A DNA stretch of 64,000 nucleotides, from contig NW_025963979.1 in NCBI RefSeq assembly GCF_023055435.1, positions 4,650,001 to 4,714,000 on the forward strand. The letters are read 5' to 3'. This DNA is from Haliotis rufescens (taxonomy: Eukaryota). Shown here piece after piece: positions 39,801 through 51,700 of this stretch (position 1 is the stretch's first letter; each line of letters starts with the position of its first letter). Position numbers and translations under genes: made by a program. The notes beneath the pieces are model-generated. The model was not told the origin of the DNA, did not search any database, and saw only the letters and a list, made by a program, of their open reading frames with translations.

Positions 39801-42800
39801 CGTCTAAGGCGCCGTGATTCGCTGTGCAGAGTTGCGTCCCTTGGGCACGCCAGAAACCTATGATTGTGGGTTCGAATCCTGGTTCGCCCCGATTAAGTTT
39901 CTAGGTTTGTCAGCACCATACCCGTGCATGTGGGTTTCACCGAAGTGGTAAACGTCCGAGACCTGCATCACTTCGGGCTTTCCTCCCACATTAAGCTGAC
40001 ACGCCGCGATATAACTGGAATACTGTTATAAGCGGCGTTAAACCCAACTCACTCACTCACTCTATATCCCCCGCCAACTTTGTTGGGCGGGGGAATATAA
40101 GAACAGAATGGATATATCATACACTGGTTCACTTCTTTATTCCTGCTGATTGTGGATTAAGTTGTTTAACATTGCAATCACCAGAATTCCAGCCACATCA
40201 TGACAGCCTGTAAAATAAGCAACTCTGGGCCAGACAAACCAGTGGTTGATAGTATGAACTATGACTAGTTGCCTCTTTTAACAGGCAGTAGAGTATTGGG
40301 GACCTATTACCTGGGTACCCACAGGGTACCAAGTTTGATAGCAGTATGATTAAGTCTTGTCTATTTTCAGTCGCACCCTGCATGTCGTGGCCCCGACTTT
40401 GTGAGATCTGCCTTCAACATCAGTGGCCACAGTCCCTTGGTGGCACACTTCATGAGGATGAAGAACCTGACGGCAGAGCCTGGTGTCAACTTTCGGGTAC
40501 AGAGGACGGAGATAGAAAACCTACCAGCATATCCTTCATATAGAATGTTTGTTGTTTAACGTTGCATTTAGCATGGTCCCAGCAGTAAGACAGTGGACCA
40601 GACAAACTAGTGATTGATGTCATGAAGATAAATCCATGCTGTCCTGGTACTATGAGAAGCTATCAACCAAATCACCAAGAATTCTTGCAACAAGCGTGGG
40701 GCCACTGTGGTACAAGTGGTAGAATTTAATAAGCAACCTCTGTTAGACAGTATGGTAGTGATTGCCCAATAATCAGTTAGTTATAACACGTCTGACACAT
40801 CAATAATACCGCAATCAGTGAAGGCTGCAAAGCTCATTATCTTAAAGTGTAAATAGTGTCAACTGATCACTAGATATAAAAAGCTTTGGTGATAATTTCA
40901 TATATTTTTTAACTTATCCTTCATTACTACCTAAATGCTTTTACTGCTGTTCTGCTACTAGAAAGGAGCTGTGAGAGGTCCAGGCTACAGAAGTTATTGT
41001 TCCATCCGGTTCCGTGGCTCATTCCCTCTCACAGCTACCACGTGACCAGAAGTGGCGATGTCACATATAATCACATTACTGCTAGTCATCGGACTGTACA
41101 GAGATTTGAGACTAAAGCTCCCAGTTTTCAACAACCAGATAGCATCCTTTTTTTTATCCTTTGATAACCAATACATTTCTCAATTGTATATATTAGACGT
41201 ATCATACTGTTACCGTAGTTTGTCCATGTTTTTCCATCCACCATCTTATTTTTGCCACGTCATGCCTGCATGTCTTGTGCTTTGATATTTCATATGTCTA
41301 TGTTGGCTCTTGTTCATAGGCCCTTTTCTCTTTGTTAATACACGTGTCTTCTTTGGTTGCAACCTTTGTCTATTTCATTGAACTTACATGCTGCGTTGCT
41401 CTTTTCAACACGTCAAATTGACCATCTTGGTTATCTCACCTTAAGGAATTGGGATTCTGAGTACAAGAGGCAACTCAAACCTAGACGGTCTTGACTTTTA
41501 CACCTCGGAGCTGACCCTGCGACCTCTCTGGTGGTAATTAATTACCCCAGACTAGAGGGTTTCATGCGTCCATTTGTTCCAGCTGTTTGAATCTAAATTT
41601 AGAACTTGCCCCACGCCCTTTTCTACTTTTCCGTTTTCCATGACTGAACTTCACATCTCCTACTTACTCTCTCTCATGTGGCTCTATCGGACAGGAATGG
41701 TCTGTTGTTTCGGTTTTCCCCGCTCAGGATGCTAAATGATTACTGGACTGGTTGAAGGTCTATCCTGAAATTCCATCTGAAAGGTATGCCCCTTTCCGTT
41801 CCGTCTGACAAAAATGCATTAAGGTCGTGATGCAGGATAAGTTAATAAATTTAGTAAAATCTAAATGTTTTTCTCATTTGGATACTTTTCCTGCATTACC
41901 ACTCTATTGTGTCCACACATTGCTTTGCATCCTCCCCACAAGGTTTCAGATGGTCGTACCAGCAGTAATGCAGGTTAAATATCCAAATGTAAACAATGTT
42001 TTTCAACAATATTGAATTTTACTAATTTTGGGGCCTCCTATTTCAAATGACAATATTTTGTGTATATCACATTCTGCTGGACATGATTTAAAACCTCTTC
42101 CAGTTGAAGTTTATTCCTTAACCAGCACCACTCTAGATACCCCAACCTACCGGGACGTGATCCGTACATCTCTTAAGACTATCAAAGACATAGAGCAGCA
42201 GTTCTCACAGTAAGTTCATCACAATTCATATTGACCTAAAATCTCTGACCATATACTATCTCAGCATGAGCAAATAGTCCCAACTCCTGTAACTCGGCAA
42301 TGTGAGACAATGTCTTGTCTTCACTGTTAGTGAGGTGAAGGTGAAATGGGGTTTAACGTTGCGTCCAAGATTATTGCACTTAAATAGCGACGTGTGTGTG
42401 TGTGTGTGTGTGGGGGGGGGCTGCTTGTACTAATCTGGACTCATGCCGCTTTTATAGTGCTATCCCACTGAGTTACCATGCTGCAGTTAAACACAAATAC
42501 AGCATACTGATTCCGAGCCGACCAGTCATTGTTTTAGTCCCTAACTGCAGAGCACCAGGCAGGGAAACAAGTACCATCTTTTGGTGTGACACTTGAGATT
42601 GAACGCACGACCTTCTGCTCTCTGAGCAGATGTTTCATAGTTTGTGTTTCACTCCGGACATGATTTACAGATTATAACCAAGATGAATGTGCTTTGCTAC
42701 AATACTTCACGTTAACGTTTTCCAGCAACTTATCAACAGTTAACTCAGTTTAACAAACTTAAAGAGTAGGCAACTTTGAAACAACTAAGTACATGTTGAT

Positions 42801-43276
42801 GTTATTGCCTTCAGAATGTACACAAGGAACATGCGAGAGAATGCGGTGTTTGTGAAGAAGCAGAATGCCATCATGCGGGAGCACGTGCAGAAAGAATCAG
42901 CCCTACTGTCACGACCTAAGGAGGTCAAACGGCTCAGTGATCTGCTCATTCTGGAACAGAGAGTGAGTGTTGTATCCTAGGGATGGAACATTGTAGTGAG
43001 GAGATAGTTATATCCTGGATGGGTTTATTGCAGCAAGGGGGGGGGAAAGAGTTGTATCCTGGATGGGTTCATTGTAGCAAGGGGGGAGCTGTATCCTGGA
43101 TGGGTTGTTTTAGGAATGGTAGTATTTGAAGCTCGGATGGGTTGATTGGAGGGTGGGTGAATGTAACACTTCCTCAGGAATATTGATCTGGTGAAATATC
43201 TTTGCAGAAAGGTCAAGATTCTATATCTGCCGGAGCAGATGCCGCCATAGAAGCAGCACTAATGGCCCAAGAGTGA
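21892..43276 (+). CDS. FAM227A: FAM227A-like protein, 15 exons, ~637 aa
   Basis: Exons 21892-22015, 23990-24157, 25001-25054, 26754-26830, 34290-34325, 34473-34586, 34972-35034, 35709-35849, 36766-36892, 37107-37211, 38538-38989, 40371-40528, 42132-42209, 42815-42962, 43208-43276 (1914 nt, frame intact). Motifs FLIGSIEAVNKKI, LQDLFWYYFLEKFQ..LFNRIAHNY, QAVYSAFCHAFP, FNISGHSPLV and TPTYRDVI resemble FAM227A as recalled. Small extra exons could be missing, and A vs B orthology is not certain. Confidence 0.82.
22848..23068. repeat. Two ~105-110-bp direct repeats containing CTAACCCTAA
   Basis: ACCTAACCCTAATGATCGTAAAGGG...CCAAGGGCTAAGGA.AGAGTTCGGGG occurs twice. Confidence 0.75.
25178..26478 (-). 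mobile_element. Decayed mariner element with a MITE inserted at 25320-25794
   Basis: End GGGGTGGCTGAAAAGTTCTGAG. Minus-strand relic motifs DDPSSGRP, ARWVPRLL and MDETWVH. The nested MITE has TIRs CAGTCyCAGA..AATTCTGC. Confidence 0.75.
26850..31385. repeat. ~4.5-kb minisatellite of 51-53-bp units with higher-order structure, FAM227A intron 4
   Basis: About 85 copies of TTGATCCCACCATTTGTCACTAGGGTACATAGGAAGTGTTGAGGCTACAGGCT. Confidence 0.97.
32147..33195 (+). mobile_element. HINE/DINE-1-like element
   Basis: TTATACCCCCG..CGGGGGTATA hairpin, (CCGT)n microsatellite, ~170-bp tandem units, 3' CGGGGGTAT plus a GTGAGC-TTT-GCTCAC stem-loop. Confidence 0.7.
33665..34160. mobile_element. MITE, same family as 15480-15973
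   Basis: Shared CCCTTGCCGAACTAGG..GGAATT termini and internal GTAGCGCCACCAGTGGC. Confidence 0.75.
35086..35430 (+). mobile_element. tRNA-derived SINE, family A
   Basis: A/B boxes, (CACCT)n tail, TSD CTTTTATAACTTTTC. Confidence 0.85.
36477..36649 (+). mobile_element. SINE, family B
   Basis: Same head and tail as the other family B copies, TSD CTTTGACGTCAC. Confidence 0.85.
37213..38360. repeat. 21-bp minisatellite, FAM227A intron 10
   Basis: About 54 copies of CCAGGTTTCCCATCTGTTGTA. Confidence 0.97.
39447..40098 (-). mobile_element. Short HINE-like element interrupted by a SINE
   Basis: Ends AACAAGAG..TATATCCCCCGCC and CCCCCGCC-AACTTTGTTG-GGCGGGGG, with an ACGG-type tract. A SINE is inserted at ~39780-40060. 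Confidence 0.55.
39780..40060 (+). mobile_element. tRNA(Leu/Ser-like)-headed SINE with a long spacer between the A and B boxes
   Basis: GTGGCCCAGTCGTCTAAGGCG ... GGTTCGAATCC, tail shared with family B, TSD TCTATATCCCCC. Confidence 0.75.
40529..42131 (+). other. U12-type (minor spliceosome) AT-AC intron in the FAM227A-like gene
   Basis: 5' site ATATCCTT at 40529, branch point TTCCTTAAC at 42114-42122, AC acceptor at 42130-42131. Splicing here keeps the frame (LPA|LDTPTY). Confidence 0.9.
40900..42005 (+). mobile_element. ~1.1-kb putative non-autonomous DIRS-like element inside the U12 intron
   Basis: Two inverted pairs. AACTTATCCTTCATTACTACCTAAATGC (~40911) pairs with GCATTAAGGTCGTGATGCAGGATAAGTT (~41816). 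CATTTGGATACTTTTCCTGCATTAC (~41875) pairs with GTAATGCAGGTTAAATATCCAAATG (~41965). Confidence 0.55.
42330..42630 (-). mobile_element. Degraded SINE, family A
   Basis: Reverse-complement similarity to the 35086 copy, with internal deletions. Confidence 0.7.
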
Positions 43277-45488
43277 GGCTGTTGGAGACGCAGCATGATC
43301 CCACCTGATCCAACATTGTCTGTGATACACCCAGTGCGTCTGTGATACACCCAGTGCTTCTGTGATACTTCACTGTTGTTGACTTTACAGTATCTGTACA
43401 TAACCCAATATGTAGTGTCTTCACTGTGCAATATGATATGGTAGATGCTTGTTTGGAAAATCTACAAATTTTATAAACCTTGTTCTATAACCAAAGATTA
43501 AATTTGTGTTGCAAGCCGTGTAATCCATATTGACCAGCTGACTTTTATGTGATAATTTTGTTAAACAGTGTGTGTATACATGTGCTATTGTGTTATGTTT
43601 GTCAGGTATTTTATACAAAAAAAGTTATGACTACATGACATACATATTATAAATTTATTTGCATAACATCTTCATCAATCACCTTTACATAAGCACTTTA
43701 ATGATGTGAAATTAAACGTTTACAGGCCACTAATTGAGGACACAACACCACGCTCACATTAAGACATTTCACACAGAAACATCAAAATGCATTATAAAAT
43801 TTCAACAAGACAGGCATGACTCTGAATAAGCTCACATCAGCCAAATATGTCACTGAGTGAAACATTGGTGATTCTGTCATTGCCAAATTCTCTGCATTTT
43901 GTTGGGAAAACAATTATACCCAAAGGATTGTTCATTGTTGTTCAAAGAGGTAATAGAGGATTTGAGATTTCCTGAGTAAACTGTCATGATTAAAACAAAC
44001 ATTTGTAGATTTATCAGTGTTCCCATTTAAAGGTAATTACCAGTTTTTTACCGGTAAAATTAGGCTTGGACCGGTAATTCATGTGACTGCCAGTCCCTGT
44101 GGCCAGGCAAATATAGTATTTAATAAATCTGTGATATTCATACAAGTATATGTTTCGAATACAGTCAGCTTGTCTGATGCCGTCAGGGTTTCCCCTTGTT
44201 GATTTTTAGTACAAGAAAATAACATTCTGCTTTGAGGTTAAAAGTATATTTGTAGTGACTTCATCTTGAAATATTAAAAACAAAAAGGAGAAAAAGGACT
44301 GAACTTTGTGTGAATGATGTGCAGATCTAACTAAGTCACTTCAGCATGTTCAGAGATGAAATGAACGTGATTTTGAAAGAATTAAAAGCAGGTAATATTC
44401 ATACGTTTTTTTACATGTTTAAAGTTGGGACTGACAAAAATTTGGGGGTTTTACCGTTACTGGTAATTTTTCGAGTTACCAATCCCCCAATACGGGGTTA
44501 GAAAGGTACTTTTGTCAGTGTGCCACAAGGCACGCATAGAATTTCAGTTGGATCCATCTTCAAGTCATTTCACCTTGAACAGTTTTTCATTGAGATATTG
44601 ACAAATGTCAGGTTCTTATGGTGCCTCCAGCATGTTCATTCTTATCAATGGCTTCCAGTCACACATTTGTCAATGTCCTTACCTATCATCGGTTGAAACT
44701 GGCCAATAGTTTAAATAGTCATAAGCACATTGAAGTAGAAATTTGCCACTCTCAAGGGTTTTGCTATGTTATAAGATGTTAGTTTCTATCACTGCCAGGA
44801 ATTGTCATTCAAAACACTAAATCAATGTGTCCAATTCAGTTCAAGGTAATGCAGAGAAGGGATCATTTTCCCATAACCCTTAAGCATGATCCAAGTCCAA
44901 AACACTGAATAGGGATAGTCTGTGTCAAGGTGAAGGACTGCTTGGTGATGTTGAAATACAAATAGGATTCTGTCAAGGAACATGAAAAACAAGACATAAA
45001 TTTGTGCATTCCTTCTCCTTAATGCTGACAAGCTGTGTTCAAAATTAAGCATGATTATATTTAGGCTGAAGTCCTGTTGAATGAGATGGATTTAATGCCT
45101 CTTTCATGGATAAAAGCCTATAAAATGATACAGCGCACCTAGGAAGTCTTTATAACATGTCTCAATCACTAACAAAATATAAATATCTAAAATCAATAAT
45201 GCCCATGTTTAAAAGAGTATGAGGTACTTATGTTGATGGCTAAAATCTTGGCCAACTTTCATTTCTTGTACACGAACATGCAGCAGGATGACTAGCAATA
45301 GCTGGTAGATGAACTGAGTTACTCCAAAATCAATGAAGTCAAACTTATAGGAATTGATGTTATTTTCCAGGTTTCGTCAATATTATTAGTTCCATCAAAA
45401 TGAGTCCGGTGTTTCCTTGACGAGGTGAAACTCACATTTTAAGACCCAACTTGTAGACATCCCATCAATATCAAAGGAATATGCCAGC

Positions 45489-45668
45489 NNNNNNNNNNNN
45501 NNNNNNNNNNNNNNNNNNNNNNNNNNNNNNNNNNNNNNNNNNNNNNNNNNNNNNNNNNNNNNNNNNNNNNNNNNNNNNNNNNNNNNNNNNNNNNNNNNNN
45601 NNNNNNNNNNNNNNNNNNNNNNNNNNNNNNNNNNNNNNNNNNNNNNNNNNNNNNNNNNNNNNNNNNNN
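45489..45668. other. Assembly gap (180 N)
   Basis: Run of N just downstream of the kinase stop codon. Confidence 1.
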
Positions 45669-45733
45669 ACAGTCGCTCATCATGCTACACTAGAAGACAC
45701 TACTATGTACACTAGTCTAATGTGGAGTCTCTA

Positions 45734-48700
45734 CTAAACATAGCCACATAGAATCTCCTGGCGCTTGTCCTCATACAGAGTCTTCATCTTGTCATATCCA
45801 CAGTTGGCATCAAGAATCTGAAATATATTTAAATACCAAAAGCACTAGCTAAAAACACATGATCCAGACACACTGCAATGTACATCTGTTAGTTTTATTT
45901 GTTGTTTCACGGCACCATATTCCAGCTATATGACTAATTCATTAAATCTGGACCAGATTATCTGGATATTGATATTGTCAAAAACGATATGGCCATCAGC
46001 AAAGTCACTAAAACCACACTGGGTGCATATTTAATGGATCTAAATTCTTCACAAAAGGGTATACTCACCAACACAGGAGCAGGGACGGAACCTAACGTCT
46101 GCTTCACCAGCCAATCCTCGTGGAGGTCGTGGAGGTCGTCAATAAGTTTCTGTAATGAGGAATGTCTGGTTCTCCACAGTCTCATCTAGTATAGTGCACA
46201 GGTTCAAATTACCACAGAGTATAAATACCTTGATCATGTTGATGCGCTAATAATTCAAGCTTCTGATCATGTTGCGAAGTAATTTGTTTTGAATACAAAC
46301 ATATATATATTTGTAACTTGTAATCAGGTGACGTGAGGTGAGGTGAAATTGGGTTTAACGTCGCGTCCAAGATTATTGCACTTATATAGCGACGTGCATG
46401 CACGTGTATGTGTGTGTGTGGCTGCTTGTACTAGTCCGGACTGATGCCGATTTATAGTGCTAGCTCACTGAGATACCATGCCGCAGTTTAACATGAATAC
46501 CCCACTCAGACACAGTATACTGACTCCGAGCCGACCAGTCCTTGTTTTAGCCCCTTAATGCCGAGCGCCAGACAGGGTAACAACAAGTACAATCTTTTAA
46601 CGTCTTTTTGTATGACGCGGCCCGGGATCGAAACCTGGACCTTCCGCTCTCCGGGCGGACCCTCTACCACAAGACCACGGAGGCGGTCTAACTTGTAATC
46701 AGAATGCTCTTTGTCAAATGTCTTTGTATAGGAATTATCATGTATTTGGATTATGACATACCTTTGGCACACTCGCTTCTTCCTTTCGCAATCTCTTTTT
46801 TATTCGCTCATAGCACACTTCAGGGTCGGCCCGCAAATATACTGTAACAATAGAACACATTAAAATGCCTGTAGAGACAATATTATGATTATGTTGACCA
46901 TCTGGGTGTAAACATCAGCAACTGAACAACTCCATTAATGACGTCATTTGAAATACAGTGTCTGTTGTTAACGCCAAATGATCAACAATATTCCAGCTGT
47001 ATGATGGCGGCCTGTAAATAATCGAGTCTGGATTAGATAATCCAGTGATCGACAGTGTGAACAATGATCCATGCTGTCATGGTATAATGACATAATCAAG
47101 AATCACAATCAGGAGAAACCTTGGATTCAAACCCTATAAATGATGAACCTGTAATGATTACAAACATATGAATAGACAATGCCTTTTAGAAAATGGTCAA
47201 ACGTAACATATGTTATATTTGGGATTACAATTTAAAGTACAAATTCTACTACTCTTTAGGTGGAGTCCCACTTACAAACTTATCCTTCACACAATGTCAG
47301 CGACCTAACCCACTTGGCCACTGAGGCTTCCACAAAAATGGTACTGGTAGCAGGGCTCGATTTAAGAAACTTGATTAAAATTGCACCAGGAGCATGTTGA
47401 CATGAAAACCTTGTTGCACCAGACAAAACCAGGTTGCACCCTGGTCCCATATATATCACAGTTGAAACAGGCCAGCCTGCTGCCAGTGTCACAGGAACAT
47501 ATGCACATAATCTTAAATTAACCACAGTTTGATAACGTTAAGCCCCAAAGCATGACAAATTATATGTAACATTGGTATTAGTGACGTAGCATGGTAAATA
47601 ACCTTTAGAAGTACTGAGTGTTCAAAGTTCGATTTTGTGTGGTGGTTTGTCAGAGACAATTTCTGAAAATGTTTGACATGCACCTGGTGCATGTTGACAT
47701 AATAGTAGGGTTCATTTTTCAAAAACAGGTTGCACTTTTCCATGTTTTATAGCTAAATCAACCCCTGGGTAGTCAAGATCACATACTTTGTGTACCCCTC
47801 TGACAAGTGTAAATTGGCAGGGGTCCCATGACCCAAAGTTATGAATACACAATGCCTTTCAGAAAGTGGTCAACAACACAGCTTATCACAAATGTGCTGG
47901 CACACTGGAACTAAACATTACTCACCGATCAGATCTAACTCAGCCTTCTGTGTTTTTGACAACCAATCAAACCATTCCGTCAGTACTGCATATTCCAGGC
48001 CGTTAATAGTTTGGCTAAAATAATACAATCCTCAAAACTGCATTGTCATTCTTCATTGTTATTACAACTTAGAAGTATTGATACAAACAATTCTTCTTAA
48101 AACAAATTCCGGGAACAAATTAAACATGCCTTATCATAACATTTAACATTTGGTACTAGAGCATGAATAGTTTTATGGGCAATGTCTTCACTACAAGATG
48201 GAGCCATTATGAGAGTGATACACCATGCCATGGTTGGCTGACCTGCGGTAGTTGTTCTCCACGAAGCAGTAGCGGGTGCTGTACAGGGAGCGCTCTAACA
48301 TCTTGATGGGCTTGGTCTGAAAACATCATCAGTCTTGCATTGCTACTGGTGCACCAACTTAGGAACTGATGTCTACGACTGTCTCAGGCTTTCTACAACA
48401 ATAAATCAATCTGGCTTTCCAAAAATTAACATTTTGCTTATAACCAAACACAGGTGATTATCATGATGGCTGTATCACAAGAACAGCTTGCAACATTTAA
48501 CAGGTATATTGTCTGCCACATAATTTCAAGCAGTGCTTCAGATCATGTCAGATTAATGTGTTTGTTGTTTAATGCTGCACTCAGTAATATTCCAGCTATA
48601 TGACGGCGGTCTGTAAATAATTGAGTCTGGACCAGACAATCCAGTGAGTGACTTCATGAGCATTGATCCACGCAATTGGGATGCATTGACTTGCATCAGC

Positions 48701-51700
48701 CATGTCAGCGGGCCTGGCCACCTGATCCCATTAGTGGTCACTTACGGCATGCATGGATTGCTGGGGACCTATTCTAACCCTGATCTTCATGGGTATCAGA
48801 TTGAAGTGAATACAATGATTGGTCAGACATTTGGATTTTGATTGGTAACCCTTAGTCTGAGCATACTGCGCTTAGCTCAACGTCACGACTTAGGTGACGA
48901 CATACATGACGACTTACGTGAGGCTTGGTGTGCATCTGGATCCGGGTGAGTTGAGCATACATATTAAATGAGAAACTCCATCTTGAAGGATCCTCATACA
49001 ACAGGCCCTGTAACAATGAACATTTAATATCTGAAACTGACACACACACAAATTGTATCATTGTGATAACTACAGCCTCGCATGTACCTTTACACATGTT
49101 TACAATAAACAACAACATAATAACAATAATCTATTCAATCAAAATGATCAGGATGCTTTGACTGGCATGCCTGACTCCAACATTGAAATGCCGTGGTGTT
49201 GACATGACTCACCAAAGCATTATGCCCCTGTATATTGGTCCACTGCTCTACTGGTTCTTTCAGTGCCTGAAACATGCACACATGTTGACACCTCACTGAC
49301 AATAAAAACAAGGGCTTTTAACATGTTTAATTAATTCACAAGGTATATACTTAACCTCAGTCCACAATGACTTGATCACAGCTCCCCACCAGGGTTTTAC
49401 CCTAATGGGATAATACCATGCCTCAAGTATGTGCAGTGATCCCAATATGATAATACCATGTATCAAGTATGTGCAGTGATCCTAATATGCTAATACCATG
49501 CCTCAAGTATGTGCAGTGATCCCAATATGATAATACCATGCCTCAAGTATGTGCAGTGATCCTAATGGGATAATACCATGCCTCAAGTATGTGCAGTGAT
49601 CCCAATATGATAATACCATGTATCAAGTATGTGCAGTGATCCTAATATGCTAATACCATGCCTCAAGTATGTGCAGTGATCCCAATATAATAATACCATG
49701 CCTCAAGTATGTGCAGTGATCCTAATGGGATAATACCATGCCTCAAGTATGTGCAGTGATCCCAATATGATAATACCATGCCTAAAGTATGTGCAGTGAT
49801 CCCAATATGATAATACCATGCCTCAAGTATGTGCAGTGATCCAAATATGATAATACCATGCCTCAAGTATGTGCAATGATCCTAATTTGATAACACAATG
49901 CCTCAAGTATGTGCAGTGATCCTAACGTGATAATACCATGCTTCAAGTATGTGCAGTGATCCTAATATGATAATACTATGCCTCAAGCATGTCAAGTATG
50001 TGTAGTGATCCTAATATGATAATACCATGTCTCAAGTATGTGCAATGATCCTAATATGATAATACTATGTCTCAAGTATGTGCAGTGATCCTAATATGAT
50101 AATACCATGTCTCAAGTATGTGTAGTGATCCTAATATGATAATACCATGCCTCAAGTATGTGCAATGATCCTAATATGATAATACTATGCCTCAAGTATG
50201 TGCAGTGATCCTAATATGATAATACCATGCCTCAGGTATGTGCAATGATCATACTATGCCTCAAGTATGTGCAATGATCCTAATGTGATAACACAATGCC
50301 TAAAGTATGTGCAGTGATCCTAATATGATAATACCATGTCTCAAGCATGTCAAGTATGTGCAGTGATCCTAATATGATAATACCATGTCTCAAGCATGTC
50401 AAGTATGTGCAGTGATCCTAATGTGATAATACCATGTCTCAAGTATGTGCAGTGATCCTAATATGATAATACCATGCCTCAAGTATGTGCAGTGATCCTT
50501 ATATGATAATACCATGTCTCAAGCATGTGTAGTGATCCTAATATGATAATACCATGCCTCAAGTATGTGCAGTGATCCTAATATGATAATACCATGTCTC
50601 AAGTATGTGCAGTGATCCTAATATGATAATACCATGCCTCAAGTATGTGCAGTGATCCTAATATGATAATACCATGCCTCAAGTATGTGCAGTGATCCTA
50701 ATATGATAATAAGCACCAGTCCAGATAAGAACACCAGATTCACCGCAGCACTGCTCAGTTTCATGTCAATACTCTGTAGTGTTATATTTAACGTCACATG
50801 CAAAATCTCTCAGGATCATCCCTGGAACCGCTCACCTGGACACTGGCTGAATGCTTGAAGTATTCCAGGAGTGTAGTTTTCCCACAACCAATGTTCCCTT
50901 CCACAGAAACCTGTCAACATGTCAGTCAGATACTATGTCACAAACTTCATTGCAAAGAATACCACTATTCCGTACCATGTACACAACCATACTCACACAA
51001 TATCTCAACATGGAGACTGAAGCTGGAGACTTTCAGATCAAAATACAACATGTGGCTTTAAGTCTTTTACTTTATCAACATGGTCAATGTAACCAATGCA
51101 TTTGTGCAGCACTACAAATTCAGAAAGTCCCAGGGCTGGTCTGGGTTTAGGTCTCAATGCTTACTTCAAACTTGGCTTACATATGCAACATGACACAAAT
51201 GTAGAAAAAACATATAATTCAACATGTCCAAAAACACATTTATTAAAAACAGATCAAAAGTAATTCTTTTGAAAGCAGATTAATACGGTCAACTTCTTTG
51301 ATGTTGTTACTCATGAAAGTATTTCCCTCAAACATGCAAAGCAACACAGAGATGCCAACCCTACCTGAAGCTCTGGAGTGAACTCAGTAATCAGTAGGTA
51401 AAAAAAAGAGCAATTTCATTTGAAAAAGGGTAATGTTAATATTTTAGAATGGTTGACATTAAATTGCATATTTATATACTTATCCTATCCCACACTATGC
51501 ATTTCTTCCTTGAACAAAGCTTCCTCTTCTAAAACATTTCACCCAAACACACCCAGCATCACCATGGTCACCACCCACACAAAAGGGTCACGCACTGTAA
51601 TTGACTTGAGTTGATTTTACCACTAAACTACCCCTGTCACTCCTTCTCCTTCTTAGAATTGACAGGCTAGCGGAGCTGTGATGCGGGGATGGTTGGGACA

